Assembly: GCF_009834535.1 (NCBI RefSeq)
Contig: NC_045696.1
Coordinates: 29,824,001 to 29,888,000, forward strand
Direction: 5' to 3'
DNA: 64,000 bases
Source: Camelus ferus
Lineage: Eukaryota
The translations under genes were made by a program, and so were the position numbers. Shown here piece by piece: positions 13,390 to 26,290 of the stretch; within the stretch, counting starts at the first letter, position 1; every line of letters starts with the position of its first letter. Below the pieces are notes generated by a model. That model made no database searches. It saw only the letters and a list, made by a program, of their open reading frames with translations, and had not been told where the DNA came from.

Positions 13390-14310
13390 CATCTATCTCC
13401 TGTATCAATTTCTCCCTCTTTACAGGATAATTCTCCTTAGCTTACATATATGCTATAACAGATTATCTTTCACTTTACCAAAAGCTCTGTTTTGATTCCT
13501 CTTTCTATGACTGTGGCTATATAATTTCTCTCTCCTTTTCATTTTATAATTCCTCAAAATAATTGTCTATATATGTTTTCAAACTTTTCGTTTTCTTCTT
13601 AACCTTCTAAGCTTTCTTCCCTCATCTATACTCACATTGCTCTTGTCATAGTTACCAGTGGCTAAAGCCAGTGGTTACGATGCTTCATCTTTACCTCAGC
13701 TGAATTCAATAATGTTGGCCTTCCTGTCTCAATACATTATTTCATTTGTGAACTGAGACAAACACTGGTGGTTTTCTTTTTACTTCCATTGTAGCCCATT
13801 TCAAACTTCTTTGAGAACTTCTTCTTTCCCAAATCTTCAAACTCTAGTGATTCAGGGTTCATTCCTGAACTCTCTACTTTCCTTTGTATACTGTCTTATT
13901 AGGTGATCCAGTCCTATAATCTAAGATATAATCTTTATATAGGTGATTTTCAAGTATATGTTTCTAGCCCTGATCCCTCCAGAGTTGTACAGCCAATGGT
14001 CTTCTCAGTATCTCCACTCTTAATTATCTTAAACATTTGATTCAAGGCAGAGTTCTTCAATTTCCACTTCACTCTCTATTCCTCAGATCAAGTAAATTAA
14101 TTCACAAGCATCCGAGCAAAAATCTTAAGAGTTAACCTTGATTCTTCTCCTTTTACCATATCCTATGTCTAATGCATCAGCATAGTCCAATAACTTTTAT
14201 TCCAAAGTATGTAGTAAACCTGTCCATATAAGCTCTATCTTGAGTCCTAACAACATAGTCCAGATAATCCAGGCTATCTTCACATGGATTATTGCTAATT
14301 ATCTTACTAG
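13390..14310 (+). mobile_element. L2 LINE relic (RT 3' region)
   Basis: Degenerate RT motifs QGSFL (13853-13867) and YNLYIGD, resembling YHLYADD (13927-13947), within CT-rich L2-like sequence. Confidence 0.7.
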
Positions 14311-14860
14311 AAGCAGAGTTATACTTATAAGTAAAAGGTTCTAATAATTCGTTTTCCCTGATATCACAATCAGGATAATTTAAGACTCTTTAGGATGACT
14401 TTTATTTTAGCATCTTATTTTCCACAAATTTCCAAAAAGTATTTCTTCTTTACTCTGGAAAGCAAACAAACCCTCTAAGCAAATTTCCAAAACTCCATAG
14501 ATCCAGGTTTGAGACTTGAAATCCTTTAAAAATTAATAACTTCCTTTCATTTATGCTTCATTATGTTAGTCATACTTTATCTTATTTATACTATTAAAAG
14601 TTTCTTGGATACTAAACATACTATGTGCTTACTTAGTAATTTTGTCAGCATAATTATGCATTTCTACTCTTACTCTGACTGAAATGAAGAGGAGTTGAGT
14701 AGGGGACAAGGCTTTTAAAATGCAACATATACAAGATATGAACCAAAGGTGAATATACATGATGGACATTGTGGTTCTTTCTCCAAATTCACTCTTCTTT
14801 CTCTGGGTAATTCCCCATTCAACTTCCGAGAAAACCAAGTGTTTCAGAAAGAATTCTCTT

Positions 14861-16770
14861 GCATTTCTTTACACTAACGATAAATCAACAGAAGAAGAAA
14901 GTGAAGAAACAATCCCCTTTAAAATAGCACCCAAAGTAATAAAATATCTGGGAATAAATCTAACCAAGGAGGTGAAAGAATTATACACAGAAAACTATAA
15001 ACCATTGATGAAGGAAATTAAAGAAGACTAAAAAAAAATGGAAAGATATTCCATGCTCTTGGATTGGAAGAATCAATATTGTTAAAATAGTCACACTGCC
15101 CAAGGCAATCTACAGATTTAATGCAATCCCTATTCAATTACTCAGGACATATTTCACAGAACTAGAACAAATCATAATACAATTTATATGGAACCATCAA
15201 AGACCTAGAATTGCCAAAGCATTACTGAAGAGAAAGAAGGAGGCTGGAGGAATAACTCTCCCAGACTTCAGACAATACTATAGAGCTACAGTCATCAAGA
15301 CAGCATGGTATTGGTACCAAAACAGACATACAGACCAATGGAACAGAATAGAGAGCCCAGAAATGAACCCGCAAACTTTTGGTCAACTCATCTTCGACAA
15401 AGGAGGCAAGAATATACAATGGAATAAAGACAGTCTCTTCAGCAAATGGTGTTGGGAAAACTGGACAGCAGCATGTAAAACAATGAAGCTAGAACACTCC
15501 CTTACACCATATACAAAAATCAACTCAAAATGGATTAAAGACTTAAACATAAGACAAGATACAATAAACCTCCTAGAGGAAAACATAGGCAAAACATTAT
15601 CTGACATACATCTCAAAAATTTTCTCCTAGAAGAAATAAAAGCAAGAATAAACAAATGGGACCTAATGAAACTTACAAGCTTCTGCACAGCAAAGGAAAC
15701 CAGAAGTAAAACAAGAAGAAAACCTACGGAATGGGAGAAAATTTTTGCAAGTGAAACTGACAAAGGCTTGATCTCCAGAATATATAAACAGCTCATACGA
15801 CTCAATAAGAAAAAAATAAACAACCCAATCCAAAAATGGGCAGAAGACCTAAACAAGCAATTCTCCAAGGAAGACATACAAATGATCAAAAAGCACATGA
15901 AAAAATGCTCAATATCACTAATTATCAGAGAAATGCAAATCAAAACTACAATGAGGTATCACCTCACACCAGTCAGAATGGCCGTCATTCAAAAATCCAC
16001 AAATGACAAATGCTGGAGAGGCTGTAGAGAAAGGGGAACCCTCCTACACTGCTGGTGGGAATGCAGTTTGGTGCAGCCACTATGGAAAACAGTGTGGAGA
16101 TTCCTCAAAAGACTAGGAATAGACTTACCCTATGACCCAGGAATCCCACTCCTGGGCTTGTATCCAGAAAGAAATCTACTTCAGGATGACACCTGCACCC
16201 CAATGTTCATAGCAGCACTATTTACAATAGCCAAAACATGGAAACAGCCTAAATGTCCATCAACAGGTGACTGGATAAAGAAGTGGTGGTATATTTATAC
16301 AATGGAATACTACTCAGCCATAAAAACCGACAACATAATGCCATTTGCAGCAACATGGATGCTCCTGGAGAATGTCATTCTAAGTGAAGTAAGCCAGAAA
16401 GAGAAAGAAAAATACCATATGAGATCGCTCATATGTGGAATCTAAAAAACAAAAACAAAAACAAACAAAAACAAAGCGTAAATAAAGGACAGAAATAGAC
16501 TCACAGACAGAGAATACAGACTTGTGGTTACCAGGGGGGTGGAGGGTGGGAAGGGATAGACTGGGATTTCAAAACTGTAGAATAGATAAACAAGATTACA
16601 CTGTATAGCACAGGGAAATATACACAAAATGTTATGATAACTCACAGAGAAAAAAATGTGACAATGAGTGTGTATATGTCGATGAATGACTGAAAAATTG
16701 TGCTGAACACTGGAATTTGACACAACATTGTAAAATGATTATAAATCAATAAAAAATGTTAAAAAAAAAA
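14861..16770 (+). mobile_element. Young 5'-truncated LINE-1 (3' ~1.9 kb: ORF2 C-terminal part, 3'UTR, poly(A))
   Basis: Translates to L1 ORF2p motifs ([33 protein letters not shown]). AATAAA and an A-tail lie at 16748-16773. A 13-bp TSD aaagaattctctt is at 14848-14860 and 16771-16783. Confidence 0.97.
15039..16445 (+). pseudogene. L1 ORF2p C-terminal fragment (post-RT region plus CCHC zinc knuckle); frame open but no promoter or N-terminus
   Basis: Open frame runs from W at 15039 to the stop at 16445 and includes the 360-aa ORF of the track. CX3CX7HX4C ([18 protein letters not shown]) is at 16011-16064. The upstream frame is broken by a stop and +1 shift in the A-run at 15029-15038. Confidence 0.93.
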
Positions 16771-16783
16771 AAAGAATTCTCTT

Positions 16784-17230
16784 TATCTCTGGATCTGGGA
16801 TTAGGTCATGTGACTAAAACCTAAGCCTATTAGCACAAACCCATTTCTTAGGCATAGATCAAGAGTGGGTATGTGATTTCAATTTGAGCTAGTAAGACTT
16901 TAGAAGAGATTTTTGAGAGACTTCTGGGACACAAAGTGACTATGCCTTCTGAGAGAATTTCCAAGAGTTACTCTGTTTCTATGGGCTTAGATTAGGAAGT
17001 AGGTAGTCCTAGGAGTTGATAGTGTCCATCTTTTGTTGGGTAAGTCAGCCGTAGAGTGAAGCAGAAATTCAGGGAGGAAAATCCATTATACAGAAAGATC
17101 ATCCTGCTGTAGAATTTAGTCACTTCTGGGCCTCCCCCACCATCCACTTCTAGACCTTCTGAGCAGGAAAATCAATGGTTTAAACCAATTTCAGCTGTGT
17201 TTTCTATTGGTTCTATTTGAATGCCTCCTA
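16784..17230 (+). mobile_element. Old MaLR LTR fragment (MLT1K/L-like); its 5' part probably lies left of the young L1 (~14760-14847)
   Basis: Contains ggtcatgtgactaaaacctaagcc, gtgggtatgtgat, gtgtccatcttttg and tttaaaccaatttcagctgtgtttct. Confidence 0.5.
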
Positions 17231-17595
17231 AAAAGCATAGCAATTTAGAAGAAAGAGTACATAGCTCTTCTTCTTTTAGTGTTCTTAAAAACCTGAGAGA
17301 AGAACATTTTTGCCCTTAAAAGTAAAGAAAGCAATAAAGAAATGGAGAAACTTGGTAAGTTTATAACCCCTTTTGAGTTGGAATGTTTTCACCATCAGCT
17401 CAGTATTGTGTGAAAAATAAGCATCAGGAAAGTCTCAGTTCATGTGTTAGTACACGCATCATTATACAACATAGTAACTGTTTTCCCCTTAGTTATTGAG
17501 ATGTGTTACTTTAGGATTTGTTTAACCATTGAATAGGCTATCCAGAAAGCCGACCACAAGATGAAAGCAAAACATCATCAAAAGAGTGCACTTAC

Positions 17596-17617
17596 CAAGA
17601 AAAGATGAAATTTTAAG
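17596..17617 (-). other. Candidate 22-nt microexon
   Basis: Minus strand reads tcctttcaccttcag|CTTAAAATTTCATCTTTTCTTG|gtaagtg. Confidence 0.25.
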
Positions 17618-19712
17618 CTGAAGGTGAAAGGATATTTTAACTTTAACAATATGATATAAAGAATGGGATTACTGAAATCACATGATAATCAACTTCCTCA
17701 CTTAACTGGCTTGGCTTAGGTGTGAGATGTCTCAAGATCCATTAAAGGCAAACATTACTACTGCTTTCTTTACCTCAACACTCCTCATCCTCCAGTCCGT
17801 TTGAACTTTATATTCAGAGAGGGCACTGCTCTGGTTATTCTGTCCTTTCCTGACCTCAGGTTTGTTATTTATGTTGTTTATCTACCCTTTCAAATTTCTC
17901 TGTTGACCCCCTCTTCCTTTTGAAAATGCTACCTTCTCCAACAGGTTGAACTCTCACAGCTTGTATCCTTTCTGAGTCCTATAGTCTTACAGCTTTGGTT
18001 AGGTGAGCATGTTTGCAACTTTCCAGTCTTCCAGGCCTCAGTCCTATGAAAGAGGGTTCAGGTGAATTTTTCAATTTTTTCCCTCTTCACACTTGTGTTC
18101 CCACTGTTAGATGAACTGTGAATAAGACTCATCTTAGAAACATAAGCTTTTCTTTCCTCCTTAAATACAGCATAATCTAAATGTCTATTGAGGTAAGAAT
18201 ATTTCTTCTGTTAGCAAAGCTGTGTGCTGCCCATGGGTCTGCAGTATTGTACAGTGGGGCACTTGGGGTCTGGCATCAGCACAAAGAACCACAGTAGCTT
18301 TTAATGGTTGCTTTCTCTGTTGGATGGGGAATGGCATGAGTCTTGAATTAATTCCTGGGATTCAGATTCTCCTCTTACATGAAGAAATGGGCTTGCAAAT
18401 TTCTGTCACTACATCTTTGTAGGGGTTCCTTTAAAGTCAAGGCAAAAATTCATTAAATTTAAAAAATTTCCTTGTTTTTGTTTCAACTTCAACAAAAGGT
18501 TTTTGACCTTAGGCATGTTCTGTAACGCCAAGCTTGACTTTCTAATTTAGCAAATGGCAAACAGACAAGCTAGCAGTTCTTCAAATATTGGGAAATTTTT
18601 AGTATATCACATTTTGTTGTACCTCTAATTTACTCTTTACCACATTTTGCTTTGTATTGTAATTACACAATTAGTCATGTATTAAGATTCTTCTTCCATA
18701 AGGCAGTATCCTTCTACGCACTATGAGGGAATAGAAATCTATGCACACACACTTGCATTTTTCTCTCCTCCACTAGGTGGTGATATCTTTGAAAGAAGGG
18801 CGTTATTAATTGTTACATCTCCTATAACACATAGCAGTGCTTTGTTCAAAGTAATTTAGAAATTAGCCACAAGTACAGAGGATGAGAAAACTATTTTCAA
18901 AAAGTTTGCTAAACTATTACTGAAGTACGTATCATAATACACTGACCTTTCTCTCGAAATGATCAGAGAACAGTTCAGATCTTTGACTCTTACAGTCTAA
19001 TCATAGACCTTGACATTTTAACCAGAAATAAAGATCGGTGTGGCTTTTTCATCATGGCTTATTGGTTGTAATCAAGTTGCCAGGCTGTTTCTTCTGATCA
19101 ATCAGAATTATCTCCTCCCAGGACCTACAGGTGAAGGTTATTTCCTTTAAAAGAAGTGATCATAATTTTTTACTGTGTTTGTCTCTTTTTCTTTGTCTGG
19201 TATGATATTTTCCAGATGTGGGTGCTTAACAAATGTTAAATGATGATTCTTTATTGACCTGACTGGGTTTTGGGAGCTTTCAAATTTTTCAAGGAAGCAT
19301 TTTAAATGTTTTGTGATCTTTAGAATTTTAAAATAGAATTATTATGACCTTCCCAAAGCAAGAAGGCAGAAACTTGCTCCAATCTGAAGGCCAAGCAGTT
19401 AAAACTGATACGACTGATCTCTTTTGGCTCATTAATTGCATCTAAGTGGATACAGAGAGCTGCAGCTTTTGTTAAATAATTGACACACTGTTAATTCCAT
19501 TTTGTAATAATAAAGCACAAAATGGCCTCCACGGCATAAAGTAGAGAGGAGAGTCAAATAAATGCTGCCCAGAGAGCCAAACTAGATTACTCAGTTTCTA
19601 CCCCTATCCTCAGTGTGAGGGCTGATGCCAATTATGATGCTTATAAGCTTATGGTGGCTTCATCACTGCCAAGACCGCAGGAAAATGGCCCTGTAAGTAG
19701 CCATATACCACG

Positions 19713-20160
19713 TGTATTTCCTCTTGCTGCTGGAAAAAATTACCAAAAATATAGTGACTAAAAACAACACAAATTTATTATCAGACAGTTCTGGAGGTCA
19801 GAAGTCCAAAATAGCTCTTACTGGGCTAAAATTAGTATCAGCAGAGCTGTGTTTCTTCTGGAAGCTGTAGGGAAGAGGCTGTCTCCTGGCTTTTTCCAGT
19901 TTCTAGAGGCAGGCTACATCTTTGGCTCATGATCCTATTCCTCTGTCTTCAAAGTCAGAAGTGTAGATCTTTCTCTGGCTTTGATATTCCTGTTTCCTTC
20001 TTGTAGGAACCCTTGTGATTATATTGGGCCTACCTGAATAACACAGGGTAATCTTCTCATCTCCAGGTCCTCAATTTAATCACATCTGCAAAGGCAAAGC
20101 TCCTTTTGGCATGTAGCATAATAATTCACAGGTTTCGAGGATTAGGATTTTGTTTACTAC
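19713..20160 (-). mobile_element. MaLR solo LTR, MLT1C/D-like
   Basis: Diagnostic segments acaaatttattatc..cagttctggaggtcagaagtcc, ccagtttctagaggc and ttaatcacatctgcaaag. Confidence 0.85.
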
Positions 20161-23100
20161 AGCCTAAAGATAGTATTTTAAATTATTGTAAGGGATAATT
20201 TTATATTATGATACTATTTTCAAGGTATCAGAGTAGAATATTGTTTTGTTTTCAAAACAATAATATTAAATATTGAGCCACTATGATGGTTTGTGTGGTG
20301 GAAAAACTGGGTTTTCCATTGTCTTGGATTTTAATCATGTTAGTGCTAGGTATTTACTGAAGATTGTCTTATCTTCAATTTCATTACCTAGATAATGAGT
20401 TTATAATGCCTACCTCATAAGATTCTATGGAAAGTCTTATGTTGTTTTCTTTATTTAACACCTAGCATGGTCATTTTTTGACTTCTAATTCATTAACTGC
20501 CTTCTCAGGGAGAGGGGAAGTATTAATAGTTAATTCTCAGTCAGTACATTGTTTGATAAGTACTTGGGCTGGTCATTAAATGCAACTCAAGATAGCACTT
20601 GGAATGTCCTTGGTGTGGCCCTGAGAAGGATGCACAGATGTTTTACTGTGTGCTAACTCCATCTACTAGGATAAGACAGACAAGGGAAAAATAACATTCC
20701 ATTTGGCTAATTCTCTTACTTGCTGGAAAGTTCTGGCTTCAAAGACTTCATCAGAAAGAAATGCAAAGCTGAGTGCTTAATATCAGAGAGTATTAGGTCT
20801 ATGATCTCACAGGTTGGTGACTGGGCATTAATCAAATTAATATCTTCGATTAGATTTGTTGAAAAAACAGATCAAATGAGAGCCAGTAGCTATTTTAGTC
20901 AGTTAATAAATAGACCATTGTTACATTCAGAAGAAAATGGATGAGAATTGAATTCAACATGATAAAATATTATTAGTTTTAACCTTAAGACAGATTGGCA
21001 AATACTTGCTGTCAAAAATTCTTTTATACCTAATTTTTCTCCTCCTGATTTTGCTTTGTAAATAAGTGGGTTCCATGTCCTCTGCATTCTGTTGGACTTT
21101 ATCAAAGTCCTGATCTAATACTGTAATTTTATTATTACTTGATATCAAGAGTTATTAAAATTTATTTGGAAAAATGTACCCTTTGGGGGGCCTTAAATAT
21201 TCTATAATCTAGAAATTTATTATATTAATATTTTGCTGGTGGAGACAAAACAGATTACAATTGGAGAAACTCTATGTACTGCCATATTTCTAATTTTAAT
21301 AGTGCATGAAACCATATGCTGTAGGAGGTTTGATTTAGTGTTTCTTAAAAGGATTAGTATTAAATGATACATTTTGATTTTGTTACTCCATTGGCTATAT
21401 AAAATTACAAAATTTTTAACGTTGAACACATCTGTGGAAATGTGCCATCAAATAGCTAATAAGGTGTAAAAAAATCATTAGCCTTTCTTCAGAAAGATAT
21501 CTAAGCTGGTGAACTATAAAATTTTGAGTTCTTCTGAGTGTCACTTGGAGTTCTGGGGGATGTCTCTTTTTTGAATTCAGAAATCATAAATTGAATATCT
21601 TGATATACTTGAGTAAGCGGGAAATGAGTACTGCTTTTGCAATTGACTCATAGATGTGATCCTAAGCAGGAGGGCAAGGATGAAGAGGGGAAGAATGAAT
21701 AAGAAATGCATTTGAAGATGAGATTTAACATGTAGAGAGTAAAAGTTGTTCCAGTACTCTAAAGAATCACAGTTTCTTTTAATTTTGCCATGCCTCTTAA
21801 AGAACAGGCTATGTGACTGATAGGTTATTTCATCCTTATTAATTCTATCCTACAATAAAAATAAAGTTGTTAGAAATATTTCTTATTGTATTAATATGCC
21901 CAAATGGCTCTTCATTTTACAGATCCCATGTAGGAAACTTTCTTCCAGTATTATTTGTAGTTAATATATTTCCAAGTTTTTTGGTAGGAATTTGCTTGGT
22001 TAACTTGATACTGGCTTTAAGTTATTTCAATTGCAAACAAGTAAAAGTGGAATCAGAAGTATATTTTACGAAGTGGAAAATTTCCTCACAACTTCAGCTG
22101 TTTTTAGGCTTAAATCTTGCTTTCATTTTTTTTTTTTTAAGGATTCCAAAGAATTCCAGCCTCCCTACTGTTGCTTCTTACATAGATTCATGTTGAATAT
22201 GTATTTCCCAGCATCTAGAGATGCTGATTCAGTGTAGTTGGTGACAGGTGTCTCCATGACAAAGGCAGGAAGCCTTTAAAATCCTCAGTTTGGGAGTGTC
22301 AGGATGGGTATGACACAAGCCCATGCTGACAATCTAAAATGAAGGCTCTTGGCATAATTGCTTTTCATTCAAAAGTTAAGAAATGCAGCTGCGTCCTCTT
22401 CACCTCCAATTCTTGCCATCTCTATGCATGGAACAGAGAATTGCCTCCTGCATTTCTGAATTTCCGTTCCTTGCTTCTTTAAAGTAACTAAAGATCAATG
22501 AACTCCGTGCTATTCTGGTTCTTACTAAACTTAGCCTAGCCAAAATAATCTATTTATTTGGAAAATAAATCTAATATAAAGAGAAAGAGCCTGTGTTCTT
22601 ATTTATAAAGAGCGAATGTCTCTTTTCCTTCTAGCGATGGGGGCACACAGGCACTGCAGCACAACCTCAGGCGAAATAGAAAAAGAAAGGAGGAAGTGCT
22701 GCCTTTCTCCAGAAATGACTCATAGTGTTCATTCAGATGACAGGCTGAATAAACTATCTGAAGATTTGTAAGAATCTATGAACTTGTGCATGAGTTGTAG
22801 GTTAATTGTGCTACAAGAACATGTTTATCTGTGAATTGCTCTTAGTTGTGTGTGGCAAACTGTGTGGATAAGCACACGTATGTTAATCATTTTTAGAAAT
22901 ATACCTGACTTAGGGAAAACAATAGTCTGCAATGGGTTAAAAATCAAGGTGTAATTAATAGATTCCTATATTTCTTCACATGGATTAATTACTTACATGT
23001 TGTTTGCCTGCATTTAACTATACATAGATACAACTCTTCATAATTTGGTAAGGAGCTCTTTCGTCACAATGACTTCCTACGCAGCGCTTTGAATTGTTGA

Positions 23101-23243
23101 ATACAGGCTCTCTGCATAAATGAACATCGTTATAACCTTAGGGCTTCTGGATAATTTGAGTTGGTTTTACAATCCACAGTCGAGTAGCATAAAAGGAGCC
23201 ACTGCCGGCCATGGGAGCAGACTTGACAATCGTCATCACTCAC

Positions 23244-23277
23244 CATACATCCAGGGAAGTACCTCTGAATTTGATCG
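23244..23277 (-). other. Candidate 34-nt internal exon of an unidentified minus-strand transcript
   Basis: Minus strand reads gatttgttcttgacag|CGATCAAATTCAGAGGTACTTCCCTGGATGTATG|gtgagt, in unique CpG-retaining sequence. Confidence 0.45.
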
Positions 23278-23719
23278 CTGTCAAGAACAAATCATCGGTA
23301 AATGGATACCAATTCTGATAATGAAGCAGACTGAAATGGCTCGAGACCTCCTTACTAAATTTAAAGGAAGGCAGCATCAGAGCCAAATAGCTATTGCCCA
23401 ACCAACATTTTTCTTTTTGATTACACTGTGGTAAGGCCTCGGAGAGACAGGTAGGTTTAGGAATGTGTTGAAGCTAGTGGTGAGGTTAGCATACAGATAT
23501 ATAAAAAAGGAAAAAGTATCCTTCTGTGGGCATTTTGAGAGCAAAGCTGGGAATAATTAGAGATATATAACTATTTAAGTCACCATTATCATTAACTACC
23601 TGTGGTTGGGTTCAAATTACTAGCTATGAAAAAAAAAAAAAGCTCTTTTGAGCAGCATATTATGCTTTGTGTTACATGAAGCAAAAACTCCAGTGTTATT
23701 CTTGAATGTTATTTTCAGG

Positions 23720-23765
23720 TCCTTCCTTCCTTCCTTCCTTCCTTCCTCCCTCCCTTTCACCTTCC
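23720..23765. repeat. (TTCC)n / pyrimidine-rich repeat
   Basis: tccttccttccttccttccttccttcctccctccc. Confidence 0.9.
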
Positions 23766-25721
23766 TTGCTTCTTTTCTTTCTTCGTCTTTTTTTTGTGAC
23801 TGCCAGTTTTCGTATCTTAAGTATTAAGACCTGTGTTTATGAAAAACCTGCAGATGGAACTGTTTATTTAAGTAGCATACACAGATTTTGATTTAGTGGA
23901 ACCAGAAAATAACTGCGCTTCTGTGATTGTGAACTAAAAAGATCCTTAAAAAGGCCCTTGAAGATTTAGTACAAGCTCTCCTCTTGGCAAATACATTATC
24001 CTGTTTAAAGATAGTGAAACTCTTAAATCATTTTCATTAAAATGTAACAGATTTGTTCAAAATGAATGAAGCCATAGGTTACTTAGTTAATTTAGTCAAA
24101 CAAACTTCTGTATGTTTCATAGGGCAAGCCTACAGAGGGCAAGTCACAGTTTTCCCTGTGTTTTCTATATACTTTCCGAAGAGTAGATTCTGTTGGACTA
24201 TGACATTTGAGAATGCTTTTATACCCTGTGTTTTTTCAGTGTACCAGCTGTGGAGTGATTAGTGAATCATTTTAGGACATTACATACTAATTGCTAAAAT
24301 GATTAAGGCTCTTTCCTCTCCTATACTCAATCCCTTAACCCATCATTTTCCACTTTCACAATTTAAACGGAGATTATCCAAATTTTGATTCACTAACATG
24401 CTCATTTAGCTGAAGATCAAATTTTGTTTCTGAAGAGATTTGCATCGGATTTCTCTGATCTCTGGCAACTGAAAAGGCAAATCACCATTCTTGGCCAACA
24501 GGATGGAAACAGGAGAGAAGGGAAAGGGGGAGGGGAGGAGAAGAGGGAGGGAGATTTGCTTATTTTGGGACTGACTTAAGGCTAAGTTGTCCATCTCACC
24601 AAGACCTGCAATGAAACCTAAACACATGAAGACATTGCTGGCTTTCTCTTCCACCAGAGGTAAACTTCACAGCATCTGTACACTAAGTAACATTCCAGAC
24701 AGATTGAGACAGGACAATTACGCATTTTTCAAAAACTATTTGAGAGCCTTGTTTTGTTGCAAACAGTCCTTTTTGCACAAAACGTTCTCAGAATCTATCA
24801 GGTTGTGTTTGTACAACCCTGATAATATCATATTCATCTCCAGAGATAAGAAAATGCTACTCCACTCTTGAGTGCAAAGAGAAAATTCTGACTGATAAAA
24901 TGGTCAAACAGGGCTTGATAACAATTTATTTCTGACCTTTTAATGCCTTCTGTTCTTAATGATTTTCTGTCATTTCTGTCTAGTCCAGACTTGAAACTCA
25001 GTCTCAGAGGTGCTTCACTTTATGTTGCCACTTAACTTTCAACTTCCATTTTCAGCACAGAAAGGTAAATCAGTAATTGTCAATTTGGCTTCTCAAGGTT
25101 TGTCAAGCACCTGAGTGGTATTATGACATAGATCTGAAAGGTGTTTCATATGACTTTGACTTTAATTCTGATGTAATTGTGGAAATGTCTTAGGACATCA
25201 AAACTTAATTATCCTATTAGCCTCACCCCTTCCTTTGCTTGGGTTTCTGGTTCACTACTCTGGTCCTTTCTGTCCCCTGACCTGTCAAGAAGTGATTAAA
25301 AAATAAAAGAAATTCAGGGGTATCTTCAGTGAGATGTTTCCTTGGCTGACAATTGTCTTTCTCAATGCCTTTCTTTTCTCTTATCTTCTTTTCTTTTTCT
25401 TTTATATTTTATTTCTAAGGTGAGAGCATGTGCACGTTTCTCCTTTGGCCCTTGTGGAACAGCTGAGGAGCCTGAGGAACCACCCTCTGAGAGGTTAGTG
25501 AGTTGCCCTTTGTTTCAAAATATTTTTGAGTCTGATTTTTATTTTATCAGTTGGAACCCTGGGAGACAGCAACCCATCTAGAGACCTTCTTTGCAAGAGA
25601 GGAGAAATGGAAAAAGGGAGTCTCAAAGAAATGTTCTATGAATATCTGTCTTGAGAAATTTCCAATACATTTATCTGGATAGTTTTGTCTACAGATCTGT
25701 GGCTGTAGATTGCTGTGTGCA

Positions 25722-25860
25722 TGTATTAGTCAAAACTTCTTCACTTATAAGTGAAAGAAATTGAACTCAAACTGGCTGAAGCCAGGAAGTCTTTAAGGAC
25801 AACTAGATTCAGGAACCTCAGTAGGTAGCTAATTATCTCGCGCGCGCATGCGCGCGCGCA

Positions 25861-25899
<39 letters not shown>

Positions 25900-26290
25900 C
25901 CTTCCCTTTACCCCTCCCTATTTTTTTTCTCTTCTTGCTTGCCTCTGCATCTTTTCATGTGATGCCCTCATTCTCTCATGCCAGACTAGCTCTCTCCCTG
26001 TGATGGGTAAGGTGGCTACTGGCAGCTCCAGTCTAAAGAAAAAAGAAACTTTTTTTCTCCTGGCATTTATAGAACGTGTTCTGGAGAAGTACCTTGAACT
26101 GGCCCTAAAAGATTTCCATGACCACCTCTTGACTCAGTCTCTGTGGACAGAGGTGGGAGCCTGAATCAAATGCTCATCTCTGCTGACATGCAGTGGCCCA
26201 ACCCTGTGGCTGACTGTCCCACCATATTGCATGGGGAAAGGGTAGCCCAGTCAAGGAAAATTGGGGTGCTGCTTCCAAAATTGGGGGTAC
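25722..26290 (-). mobile_element. MaLR LTR, MLT1K-like, with internal CG/CT microsatellite
   Basis: Begins tgtattagtca...aagtgaaagaaattgaactcaaactggctgaagc and contains ggtggctactggcagctccag. Confidence 0.6.
25839..25894. repeat. Compound (CG)n/(CT)n microsatellite
   Basis: cgcgcgcgcatgcgcgcgcgcacgc followed by about 16 CT units. Confidence 0.95.

Noticed and set aside
15383..15943. 186-aa minus-strand ORF
   Set aside because: Antisense shadow of L1 ORF2.
16442..16723. Recurrent MSNSSVQHNFSVIH ORF (also at 40528-40761 and 49251-49544), which looks like a small gene family
   Set aside because: All three are antisense readings of the same L1 3'UTR.
22635..22670. Plus-strand 36-nt exon candidate after ttttccttctag
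   Set aside because: The donor would be a weak non-canonical gcgaaa.
23211..23318. Plus-strand 35-aa ORF with a strong Kozak context (gccggccATGg)
   Set aside because: No promoter or other plus-strand support; the minus-strand exon with a consensus donor explains the region at least as well. Not fully excluded.
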